A stretch of 60,654 bases of DNA, the filler included, from Sphingomonadaceae bacterium (GTDB taxonomy: Bacteria > Chloroflexota > UBA6077), in assembly GCA_050261575.1 (NCBI GenBank). It is 4 parts of 4 records of this genome, joined end to end, with 100 filler letters (N's around TTAATTAATTAA, not from the genome) between each part and the next. Parts side by side here need not be neighbours in the genome. Positions count along the whole stretch, not along the records: positions 1 to 16,947 come from JBLNDL010000065.1; 3 more parts are not named here. One strand, given 5' to 3'. The translations under genes and the position numbers were made by a program. Positions within the stretch are counted from its first letter, which is position 1; each line of letters begins with the position of its first letter. Positions 1-8,731 of the stretch are shown one piece after another. The notes below the pieces were generated by a model. That model saw nothing but the letters and a program-made list of their open reading frames with translations, had not been told where the DNA came from and searched no databases.

Positions 1-149
1 GGGCCGCCTCTGTGGTCGAAGTAGTCCAGGAACTTGGGGTTGTCGACAGAGAAGCCGGTTTCGGGGAAGGGTCTGGCTGCGGCGGGAGTGGAGAGCAGAG
101 CGAGGGCCGCGACCAAGGTGACCAGGATTGGACTGATACGACGAAGCAT
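1..149 (-). CDS. Secreted FPETG-motif protein, N-terminal part (runs off the window); paralog of 34021..35415
   Basis: Manual translation MLRRISPILVTLVAALALLSTPAAARPFPETGFSVDNPKFLDYFDHRGG; signal peptide ending AAA; GGAGGAG RBS upstream; not in the ORF track. Confidence 0.85.
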   Translation of the reverse strand, partial: MLRRISPILVTLVAALALLSTPAAARPFPETGFSVDNPKFLDYFDHRGG

Positions 150-241
150 GGTTCGCTCCTCCCTTTGGTTCTGGTTCAATAGCGGCGATGGCAGACAGCC
201 GGAGGATGATGCACACGCGGGCCTATGTATCGGTCGGCCGC

Positions 242-250
242 ATTATAGCA
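242..250 (-). promoter_or_regulatory. Extended -10 promoter element (TGCTATAAT)
   Basis: TGnTATAAT about 90 nt upstream of the ATG at 149. Confidence 0.55.
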
Positions 251-293
251 TCTACGTAATGGTGTTGATGGAGGTTTCCGCAGCGAAAGGATC

Positions 294-1496
294 TCAGATC
301 GGCTGGAGTGCTTCCGCCGCGTAGGAGGGCATCGCCAACTGTATCTCCCTCTCGGCCGCGGTGTTCACCTCGAATGGGGTCACCCTCCGCCCGTACTGGT
401 CGAAGAGGATGCGAATGGTCGGCCGATTGATATCGTTGGATGGTGTGTCAACAACCACTCCCCGGTGACCCCGCAGCTCCCCCGAGATCAACACCACCTC
501 GGTCCCTATGGGGTACGTTGGGAGTATCGTAAGGAAACGCCGGACGAGTTCCTGGTTCAGGTGGGTGCCGGCAGTCTTTCGCAGTACGGCTACGATCTCC
601 GGAGGGTTAAGCGCTCGGCGGTAGGGCCGATCTGAGGCCAAGGCCGAGTAGACGTCCGCGACAGCGGCAATCTCGGCCGCAGGCAGGATCAGGCGCTTTC
701 CGCGGCGTGGCTCCGTGGGGCCGAAGCGGTTGTTCCCCTTCAGCCCGCAGGGGTAGCCGGTGCCGTCCTGCCTCTCGTGATGCTGCCAGACGATGTGCCG
801 AGCGATGATGTCGTCGGTACCCATGAATTGCCTCACTGCATCATACCCGGCCGAAGGGTGTTGCTTCACTATGGCGAACTCTTCCTCGGTCAACCTGCCA
901 AGCTTGCGCAGAATCTCCGAGGGCACCACCGTCTTGCCGATGTCGTGGCAGAGGCATCCCAAAGCGAGTTGATGGATCTCGCGTTGCGGAAGATAGAGAC
1001 GCTTTCCCAGCATTACGCCGGCGACCGTGACCTCCACTGAGTGTTCGAAGGTGTAGTTGTCGTGGGTCTTAAGTGGAGCTACACCCGACAACGTTTCGGC
1101 AGTCAGGATCTCGTCGACTATGCGTTCCACATCTCTGTACAGGTGGGCCATGAGTGGGGCGGCCTCGTCGCTCAGGCGTTCTGCGGCAAATGAGAGGCTC
1201 TCACCGCTGAACTGGGCCGCACAGCTTTGAACCACGGTGTATAGCTGTCGTACATGCTTGTACGTGGCGATCCTGACTTGCTCCGAGATCTCCTCGGGTG
1301 GCTCCACATCGTCGGCCAGTCCGTCGAGAATGTATACGGCGTAGTAGCCTAGCTTGCGCAGGGCTCCAATGTATTGACGGGTGAGTTCGACCCCTCGGGC
1401 CAGCAGGATGTCGCCGCGATCGTTGTGGATGGTTCGGGCGAGCCGCATCCCCTCCTTCAGTTGGTCCACATACACCTTCCTCATCCGTTCCGGCAT
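294..1496 (-). CDS. HD-GYP domain cyclic dinucleotide phosphodiesterase
   Basis: EHS..V, CHDIGK, QHHERQDGTGYP, ADVYSALASDRPYR motifs; N-terminal LKEGMRLAR. Confidence 0.92.
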   Translation of the reverse strand: MPERMRKVYVDQLKEGMRLARTIHNDRGDILLARGVELTRQYIGALRKLGYYAVYILDGLADDVEPPEEISEQVRIATYKHVRQLYTVVQSCAAQFSGESLSFAAERLSDEAAPLMAHLYRDVERIVDEILTAETLSGVAPLKTHDNYTFEHSVEVTVAGVMLGKRLYLPQREIHQLALGCLCHDIGKTVVPSEILRKLGRLTEEEFAIVKQHPSAGYDAVRQFMGTDDIIARHIVWQHHERQDGTGYPCGLKGNNRFGPTEPRRGKRLILPAAEIAAVADVYSALASDRPYRRALNPPEIVAVLRKTAGTHLNQELVRRFLTILPTYPIGTEVVLISGELRGHRGVVVDTPSNDINRPTIRILFDQYGRRVTPFEVNTAAEREIQLAMPSYAAEALQPI

Positions 1497-1506
1497 GCCT
1501 CCTAGG

Positions 1507-2712
1507 TCAGACCGAGGGGGTGAGGTCGAGGCCCATCAGTTGGGCGTAGGAGGAAGTGGCGATCTCCACGTCCTTTTCCTTGCTGGTGTCCACCTCGAAT
1601 GGTGCGATGGTGCGACCGTGAGGGTCGAAGAGGAGTCGGACGACGGGGCGGTGGAGGGCGGTAGGGTTGACGTCGGTCACTATGCCACGATAGCCCTGCA
1701 ACTTGTGCGAAACCACGATCACCTCGGTGCAGACGGGGTAGGTGGGGAGTATGGTGAGGAATCTTGTCACTATCTCTCGATTGAGATGTGATCCGGCCAT
1801 ACCCTGCAGTGTCCTGGCAATCTCGGCGGCGCTCAGCGCAGGTCGATAGGGGCGATCGGAGGCAAGGGCTGCGTAAACGTCGGCGACAGCCGCGATCTCC
1901 GCTGCCTGCAGGATGAGTCCCTGGCCGAAGGAGGGCCTTCCGGTGGAGAAACGATTGCTCCCCTTCAATCCGCGGGGATACCCACTGCCGTCTTGCCGTT
2001 CGTGATGCTGTCTCACCACGTGGCGGGCGATGACGTCCGACGCACCCATCAGATGCTGCACCGTCTCGTACCCTGCCTGCGGGTGTCGACGGATCAGGGT
2101 GAACTCCTCCTGGGAGAGCTGCGAGCGCTTGGACAGGATGGTCTGGGGGACGATGAGCTTCCCTATGTCGTGGCAGAGGCATCCAAGTGCCAACTGATAC
2201 AGATCCGACTCCTTGATAGACAGCCGCTGCCCGAGCATGACCCCTGTGACAGTGACCTCCAAGGAGTGCTCGTAAGTGTAGCTGTCGTGACTCTTTAGGT
2301 GGACCAATCCCGTGAGCATTCTGGCGTCGGCGAGGTCCTCGACTATCCTCTCCACGTCCCGATAGAGGGCGGCGAACTGGGGCCTCGCGGCCTCCGCATA
2401 TTGAACCAGCAACTCCTTCTGCTCGTTCTCGTCCTGGACACTCGCAATGCTCTCGATCATCCCAAAGAGGTCCTGCAAGTGTTTGATGGTGAGACTGCGC
2501 ACTCGCGCGGAGAGCACTTCGGGAGGTTCGACGTCGTCGGCCACACCGTCCTGGATGTAGACCGACTGGTAGCCAAGCTGCGACAACGCCTCGATATAGT
2601 GACAGGTCAACGCCACACCGCGACACAGCAGCAGATCGCCGCGCTCGTTGTATATGGCCCTGCCGAGCACCATTCCGGGCTTCAGCTTGTCTAGGCTCAT
2701 TGCCCGCATCAT
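1507..2712 (-). CDS. HD-GYP domain phosphodiesterase (tandem paralog)
   Basis: CHDIGK, QHHERQDGSGYP, ADVYAALASDRPYR; colinear with the neighbouring gene. Confidence 0.92.
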   Translation of the reverse strand: MMRAMSLDKLKPGMVLGRAIYNERGDLLLCRGVALTCHYIEALSQLGYQSVYIQDGVADDVEPPEVLSARVRSLTIKHLQDLFGMIESIASVQDENEQKELLVQYAEAARPQFAALYRDVERIVEDLADARMLTGLVHLKSHDSYTYEHSLEVTVTGVMLGQRLSIKESDLYQLALGCLCHDIGKLIVPQTILSKRSQLSQEEFTLIRRHPQAGYETVQHLMGASDVIARHVVRQHHERQDGSGYPRGLKGSNRFSTGRPSFGQGLILQAAEIAAVADVYAALASDRPYRPALSAAEIARTLQGMAGSHLNREIVTRFLTILPTYPVCTEVIVVSHKLQGYRGIVTDVNPTALHRPVVRLLFDPHGRTIAPFEVDTSKEKDVEIATSSYAQLMGLDLTPSV

Positions 2713-2866
2713 CGCCTCCGCAACTCGTTGGGGACGATTCGAGGGGTGATTGCGACAATTCTATTACTTCCCCGGCGCCCGTGTCCATCACAGCGCTTGC
2801 TCGGCGTGGGCCTCGGTAGCGTTGTCGGCAAGGCTGCCGGCTTACGTTGTGGCTCTCAATGCTTCG

Positions 2867-2896
2867 TTGCCCTGGTCTGGTGTGTGCCCGTATAAT
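2867..2896 (+). promoter_or_regulatory. Putative sigma70 promoter of selD
   Basis: TTGCCC-N18-TATAAT followed by GGAGGAG RBS and ATG at 2928. Confidence 0.5.
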
Positions 2897-2927
2897 CCCG
2901 TGGTATCACACCCACGAGGGAGGAGAG

Positions 2928-3983
2928 ATGGCTGGGGCACAGCCCTTCCGGCTGACATCGCTCGCCAGTTGTGCCGGTTGAGCGGGCAAAATGGGTCCGT
3001 TGGACCTCGAGAGGATCCTGAAGCCGCTGGCGCAGTATAACCACCCTGATCTGCTGGTGGGGCTGAAGACCGGTGACGACGCGGCGGTTTTCCGAGTTGG
3101 GGACCGCGCCGTGATCGAGACCGTGGATTTCTTCGCGCCGGTGGTGGACGACGCATACAGCTACGGTGCCATCGCGGCGGCCAACGCCATGAGCGACGTG
3201 TACGCCATGGGTGGGGAGGTGTTGTTTGCTCTCAACGTCGCGGCTTTCCCCGAAGACCTGCCGTCGGAGATCGTGTCGGCGATCCTCCAAGGTGGCGCCG
3301 AGAAGGTGACGGAGGCCGGTGGGATCGTCGTCGGAGGCCACACCGTGATCGACAAGGAGCCCAAGTACGGCCTCTGTGTCACGGGAATCGCAGATCCATC
3401 GGAGGTCACGACTAAGGGACAGGCTCGCCCCGGCGCGGTTGTCGTTCTCACCAAGCCCCTGGGCACCGGTGCCATCACGACTGCCCACAAGGCCGGAAGG
3501 GTCGAGGAGGGGCATCTGAGCGCCGCCGTGGAAAGCATGCTGAAGCTGAACCGGACGGCCGCGCGATTGCTCCGCCAGGCGGCCGTCCGAGCCTGCACCG
3601 ACGTGACCGGATTCGGCCTGCTGGGCCACGCCTCCGAGATGGCGGCGGCCAGCAACGTACTGCTGCGCATCGAAGCCGCGAGAGTGCCGCTCCTGCCGGG
3701 CGCCTTGGAGTACGCTCGAGCAGGGATCCTCCCGGGTGGGGTGGGGCGGAACCGGGCCTATCTTCTGGGAACCGGAGAGGGCAGTGGGGTGCGCGTCAGG
3801 CTGGCGGGCGATGTGAGTCGGGAGATGTCCGACCTGCTGATGGATCCCGAGACCTCGGGCGGGCTGCTGGCCACCGTGGCACCGGAGCGACTGGAGTCGC
3901 TGCTCTCCGCCTGCGCGGCTGCCGGTCAAGGCTGCTGGGTAATCGGGGAGACTGCCGAGGGCTCGGGCGTCGAGGTAGTGTAG
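2928..3983 (+). CDS. selD: Selenide, water dikinase (selenophosphate synthetase), selenoprotein form with in-frame UGA at 2979-2981
   Basis: MAGAQPFRLTSLASCAG-U-AGKMGP is in frame with ORF 2991..3983; GDDAAV, TVDFFAPVVDD, ANAMSDVYAMGG, TDVTGFGLLGH, DPETSGGLL motifs. Confidence 0.95.
2993..3007 (+). promoter_or_regulatory. Candidate bacterial SECIS hairpin
   Basis: GGGTCC-GTT-GGACCT stem-loop starting 11 nt after the UGA, with G in the loop. Confidence 0.55.
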
Positions 3984-3986
3984 AAG

Positions 3987-4187
3987 GTGGGCTGGCATTA
4001 CCCGAACTCTCCACGCGCGTCCAATTCCGAGGCCAGCAAGAGGTATTGCAGGGTCGTGCTGGCGGAGGATGCCATCTCGAATCTGGACGATCGCGGCCGG
4101 CAGGAGATGCGCGACATGGGCATCGCGCTGATGCCCGCCGACGAGGTGGGCGCGGCTCTGGAGTCCGCGGCCGACGAACCATCGTAG
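3987..4187 (+). pseudogene. Short ORF, possibly the C-terminal remnant of an isochorismatase-like hydrolase
   Basis: KRYCRVVLAEDAI...QEMRDMGIALM resembles cysteine-hydrolase C-termini; the N-terminal part is unrecognisable. Confidence 0.3.
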
Positions 4188-6638
4188 ATGAAGCCGCGAA
4201 ACCGCCTGGGCAGGGCGGCAGTGAGAGGATGGACGACCTGTGTCGTAGTTGCGGCCGCCGCGCTGCTGCTGCTCGCCTTCGGGAATCTGCTGCTCGAGCT
4301 GTTTCCCACCCGTCTGAGTGTCCGCAGCGACGGCGCCACGATGAGCGTCACCGTCGACGGGAGGACCCTGCTCATTCCTCTGACCAATCCCACCCGGGCC
4401 GTCCGCTTCCCGCCTGCCGAGCCCTTCAAGAGGGAGTATCAGATCGATGGCTCGGATAGCACCAACACCCTGAACCTGGATCCGGACTACCTCGCGAGCA
4501 TCGCCACTTCCCCCTACTATCGAATCCAGGCGCTGCTGCGGGACGAGGGCAGCTACAGCCGGTGGCGAAACCTGGAGATCCGGGACGGCGAGGGGCGGGT
4601 TGTGATTCGCCAGCCGCAACCCGACGACGGCGCTGACATTGGGTTGCCCGATTCCTTCTACCTTTCGGTTGACCTTCACCGGTTGGAGACCCCTCGAACC
4701 CTCCAGTTTCGCGACGCGGAGGGTGCCCTCCTGAGGGTGGAGGTAAACCGCAACGACCGCTACGTTCGGGCTTCCCGACTGGAGGCTGGATCGCTACCCA
4801 GGGTCTTGGCGGAGGGCTTCTTCCCAGAGGACTGGCTTCCTCCGGCCGCGGAGTTGGCCTGCCTGGCCGCGCGAACCGTGGCGGTGGCCCTCGTTCTGGT
4901 CTTGCTGATCGTGCTGGCGGCATCGGCCCTCCCAGTCCTGGTCTCCGGGGTCACCGACCTGCGTAGGTCGCTGCTGCCGGAGGCGAATGGGCAGCACCGG
5001 GGCGGGCGAGATGCCCGTGCTATCCAGACGAGCCCCGCGGCATCGAGTCTGCGAGGCAGCGCGGCTCCAGGGCTACTGCATGGTATCACCTCGGCGCTCC
5101 CCTTCATACCGGCCGCGGTCGCTTTGCTCGCTGGCTGCTACACCGCGGTCGTGCTCTTCGACCGAGCGCCGCACATCCTCGATGCCGTTTCCTACTACTT
5201 CCAAGGCAAGGTCCTGGCCTCGGGCGCGATGTCAGCTCCTGCACCACCGGTTCCGGAGGCTTTTCCGACCCCTTTCACCGTGGTGTACGGGGATCGATGG
5301 TTCTCCCAGTATCCGCCGGGGACATCAGTGGTGCTGGCGGCGGGCTTCCTCCTTGGGGTGCCCTGGCTGGTTGAGCCCTTGCTGGCGGCCTCGGCCACGC
5401 TGCTGCTCTATTGTGTCGGACGGCACCAGTACGGAGCGAGGACGGGCCTGCTGGCCGCCGCGCTGATGGCCAGTTCCCCTTTCCTGGCCTTGCAGGCGGG
5501 ATCCTTCATGAGCCACGTTCCCGCCATGTTCTTCATCGTACTCTTTCTCTATGCGACCACAAGGTGCCTGAAGAGCCCATCCAGGAAGTGGCTCGTGTTC
5601 GCCACCACCGCCCTGGGCGTGGCCTTTCTGACTCGGGAGAGCGCGGCGCTGCTGTACGGGCTGCCGGCCAGCCTGTACGGGCTCTTCGTCCTTCGCCGAG
5701 GACGCCAGAAGGGGCTAGTGGACCTGGTGCCAGCGGCCGGCGTGTTGGTGGCAGTGGCAGCCGTCTACCTGCTCTACAACTGGGGACTCACCGGGTCCCC
5801 GATCCGGCTGCCCCGTCTGTTGTTCTTCGGGGGGGACAGATTCGGCTTCGGCGACAGGGTGGGTTTCTACGGCCGCCACACCCTGGCGGCGGGCCTGGTG
5901 AACGCCGACCAGTTGCTGACCTCGCTCAACGTCAACCTCTTTGGCTGGCCGTTCCACGTTTCCCTAGCTGTCATCGTGCTGCCCTTCCTCCTGTCGCGGG
6001 CGACGGGGTGGGACCGGCTCCACGGGCTCGTCTTTGGCCTGTTCGTAGCTGTACACGTGGGCTACTTCTACCACGGCATAGCCCTCGGACCGCGCTACTA
6101 CTTCGAGGCGCTCCCCTCCCTGGCGTTGCTGGCGGCCCGAGGCTGCGCGACGCTGTCGGAGGCTGCCTCGTCGGTGGTAACCTCCATCACGCGGCAGGAC
6201 GGGCGACTCCATGCCCGCGCGGCCGCACTGGGATTGGTAGGGCTGCTGCTGGCCTGCAACGTCCTCTACTTCGCCCCTCGGCAGGCTGAGTTGTACAGGG
6301 ACTTCGCTGGCTGGCCGGGGCCCGGCGCCCCTCGACTCGGCGATTTCGTCCGGCGGGACCTAGCAGGGAGGGCCTCCGCGCTCCAGAACGCCCTGGTCAC
6401 CACGGACGATTGGTGGGTCTACTCCGTCTACCTGGCGCCGCTGAACTCGCCCCGGCTGGACGGCCCTTCCGTCTTCGCGCTGATGCCGAGGGGAGAGGCA
6501 GGGGAGCGGTTGAAAGCTGCCTTCGCGGGGCGAGGTTGGTACCGCCTGGTTGAGGGGAGGGACGGGGGGCTGTATCCGGAGTGGCAGGGAATTCTCGCAC
6601 CGGCAGAGCCGCCGTCCCCTTCGTCACTCGATCGCTGA
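4188..6638 (+). CDS. GT-C (ArnT/PMT, GT39/GT83-like) membrane glycosyltransferase with N-terminal extracytoplasmic domain
   Basis: Many TM segments; DAVSYYFQGKVLASG, SQYPPG, GPRYYFEALP motifs. Confidence 0.75.
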   Translation: MKPRNRLGRAAVRGWTTCVVVAAAALLLLAFGNLLLELFPTRLSVRSDGATMSVTVDGRTLLIPLTNPTRAVRFPPAEPFKREYQIDGSDSTNTLNLDPDYLASIATSPYYRIQALLRDEGSYSRWRNLEIRDGEGRVVIRQPQPDDGADIGLPDSFYLSVDLHRLETPRTLQFRDAEGALLRVEVNRNDRYVRASRLEAGSLPRVLAEGFFPEDWLPPAAELACLAARTVAVALVLVLLIVLAASALPVLVSGVTDLRRSLLPEANGQHRGGRDARAIQTSPAASSLRGSAAPGLLHGITSALPFIPAAVALLAGCYTAVVLFDRAPHILDAVSYYFQGKVLASGAMSAPAPPVPEAFPTPFTVVYGDRWFSQYPPGTSVVLAAGFLLGVPWLVEPLLAASATLLLYCVGRHQYGARTGLLAAALMASSPFLALQAGSFMSHVPAMFFIVLFLYATTRCLKSPSRKWLVFATTALGVAFLTRESAALLYGLPASLYGLFVLRRGRQKGLVDLVPAAGVLVAVAAVYLLYNWGLTGSPIRLPRLLFFGGDRFGFGDRVGFYGRHTLAAGLVNADQLLTSLNVNLFGWPFHVSLAVIVLPFLLSRATGWDRLHGLVFGLFVAVHVGYFYHGIALGPRYYFEALPSLALLAARGCATLSEAASSVVTSITRQDGRLHARAAALGLVGLLLACNVLYFAPRQAELYRDFAGWPGPGAPRLGDFVRRDLAGRASALQNALVTTDDWWVYSVYLAPLNSPRLDGPSVFALMPRGEAGERLKAAFAGRGWYRLVEGRDGGLYPEWQGILAPAEPPSPSSLDR

Positions 6639-6772
6639 AAGAAGCATTCGGTCGACGGGGTATCGGGTAGCGGCCGTTCTTTCGTCCCATGCGCGAGAGG
6701 ATGCCGGAGACGCCTGGAGGGGCAACAGTTGAGGGGTTCGGCACGGACCAAGAGGGGCGGTGCTGCCCCGGC

Positions 6773-8023
6773 TTACGCCGTCGCGGCCGCGTGACGCTTC
6801 TCCCGGGCGGAGAGGATCGCCATAAAGGATCCGGCGGCAGACAATCCGGCCAGGAAGTGCCAGGCTGTCTGGAACGAACCGGCCAGGTCGGTGACGAATC
6901 CGAAGAGGGGCGGCCCGAGTGTGGTGCCGGCCTCGATCAGAGTCAGGCTGAAGCCGACGCCGGTGGCGGCGTAGGTGCGGCCCACCGTCTCGGTGATGTG
7001 AGCGTGGTACACCCCGTTCCATCCGACAGAGGTGGCGCCCGCCGCGAAGGTGATGGCCGCAAGCAGCCAGAGAGGCCAAGCGGAGTCGAGGCGCGCAACA
7101 ACGAGCGCCACCAGCATCGACAGGAACCCGACCAGGGCCAGCACCCCCATCCTCCGGCCGTGTAGGAGGCGGTCGCTCACTATCCCCCAGAACACCCTTC
7201 CGAACATGCCTCCCACCTGGCACGTGGCGAGGTAACCCCCCGCCGCCACGATTCGGGTACCCTCGTCTGGGATGGTGGGGGCCAGCACGACCTCCTTCAA
7301 GTAGAGGGTCAGGTACATGATCAGGCCTTGCTGCGCCATGACGTAGAGCATGGCGACGGAGCTCAAGACCCACAATGCGCGGTTTCGGAGTACCCCTTTG
7401 AGCCCTGCCTTGACGCTGGGTCTGCCCTCGGCCCGTCTATCAACGACGGTGTGATCCCGATAGAGGGCGATGGTGAGGAGGCCGATGGCGATTATGACGG
7501 CACCCACGGTCGCTATCGCAAATCTCCATCCGAAGGCAAGCCCGAGGGCGGGGAGGGTGGCGGCAGCGACAACCCCTGCTAGCGGCGCCCCGGTTTGCTT
7601 CAACCCCATGGCCGTGGCCCTGGTGGCCGGCGGGAACCATTCCATCACCGCCTTCGTGGAACCCGGGAAGATGGTGCCGCGGGAAACCCCCGCCGCGAAC
7701 ATCACCGCGGCTGCCTGGGCGAGGGAGCTCACAGACGCCATGGTCAGCATGAAGCCGCCAGTCACTATCTGTCCTGCCGACATGATCCGCCGGATGCCGA
7801 AGCGATCGGTGAGTGTGCCGGCGATCAAGATCACGCACCAGGCGCCTGCATAGGTGGCAGACGAGAATATGCCGACTTCCGCGTTGGTGAGGTCCAACTC
7901 TGATTGGAAGAGTGGTGCGAGTGGGGCGAGCGCCTGTCCAGCCAGAGCACCACTCGACTGACACAGGAGGGCCAGCCCCAGGATCACCCACCGATATCTA
8001 GACGCGGTCTCCATGACAGCCAC
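6773..8023 (-). CDS. MFS transporter
   Basis: About 12 TM helices; GTLTDRFGIRR motif A; WFP...RATAMG; start set at the GTG after AAGGAG. Confidence 0.9.
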   Translation of the reverse strand: MAVMETASRYRWVILGLALLCQSSGALAGQALAPLAPLFQSELDLTNAEVGIFSSATYAGAWCVILIAGTLTDRFGIRRIMSAGQIVTGGFMLTMASVSSLAQAAAVMFAAGVSRGTIFPGSTKAVMEWFPPATRATAMGLKQTGAPLAGVVAAATLPALGLAFGWRFAIATVGAVIIAIGLLTIALYRDHTVVDRRAEGRPSVKAGLKGVLRNRALWVLSSVAMLYVMAQQGLIMYLTLYLKEVVLAPTIPDEGTRIVAAGGYLATCQVGGMFGRVFWGIVSDRLLHGRRMGVLALVGFLSMLVALVVARLDSAWPLWLLAAITFAAGATSVGWNGVYHAHITETVGRTYAATGVGFSLTLIEAGTTLGPPLFGFVTDLAGSFQTAWHFLAGLSAAGSFMAILSAREKRHAAATA

Positions 8024-8250
8024 GGATCGAGACTCCTTGGTGTAGTTCGGAGCAACAGGGTGAAACGTGACGATGGGAAGGTTATTGTACACCTTTCTCG
8101 TGAAAGCCGTGCCGGTGCAGCAAGCATGCGCGAGAGGTAGTCCGCTGTGGGACGATGCGGTGGAAGGGCTACCGATCGACTCCGCATCGACAGGAGGTCC
8201 GAAACGTGGTAGAAACAGCGGGATGCGTGAAGCTGAAGGAGTAGACGAGC

Positions 8251-8730
8251 TTGCTGATAGCGCTGATCTCCGACACCCACATCCCTGACAAGGCAGGAGC
8301 GCTGCCGGAGGCCCTGGTGGAGCGACTTCGGACGGTCGACCTGATCTTGCATGCCGGCGACTTCACTTCGTTGGAGGTATTGAACTACCTGAAGACCCTG
8401 GCTTCCACCGAAGCGGTGTACGGCAACGTGGATGAGCCGTCGCTGAAGTCAATCCTGCCCAGGAATCGGATAGTCGAGGCAGAGGGCTTTCGGATCGGAT
8501 TGACCCACGGCGATGGTGTGAGCGGAACGACGCAGGACAGGGCCCGACGGGCCTTCGATGGGGTGGATTGCATCGTGTTCGGGCACAGCCACTCGCCCCT
8601 GGTGGCGAGGCAGGGCCCGGTGCTGATGGTGAACCCGGGCTCGCCGACCGACCGGCGGCGCTCCCCCAGACCCTCCTTCGGTCTCTTGAGAGCCACGGAA
8701 CGGCTGGATGCGGAGATCGTTTACCTGTAG
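8251..8730 (+). CDS. YfcE/MJ0936-family metallophosphoesterase
   Basis: SDTH, HAGD, GNVD, THG, GHSH, NPGS motifs. Confidence 0.92.
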   Translation: MLIALISDTHIPDKAGALPEALVERLRTVDLILHAGDFTSLEVLNYLKTLASTEAVYGNVDEPSLKSILPRNRIVEAEGFRIGLTHGDGVSGTTQDRARRAFDGVDCIVFGHSHSPLVARQGPVLMVNPGSPTDRRRSPRPSFGLLRATERLDAEIVYL

Positions 8731-8731
8731 G

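Noticed and set aside
2713..2927. Possible c-di-GMP riboswitch upstream of the HD-GYP pair
   Set aside because: No GEMM-I or class II consensus could be traced on either strand.
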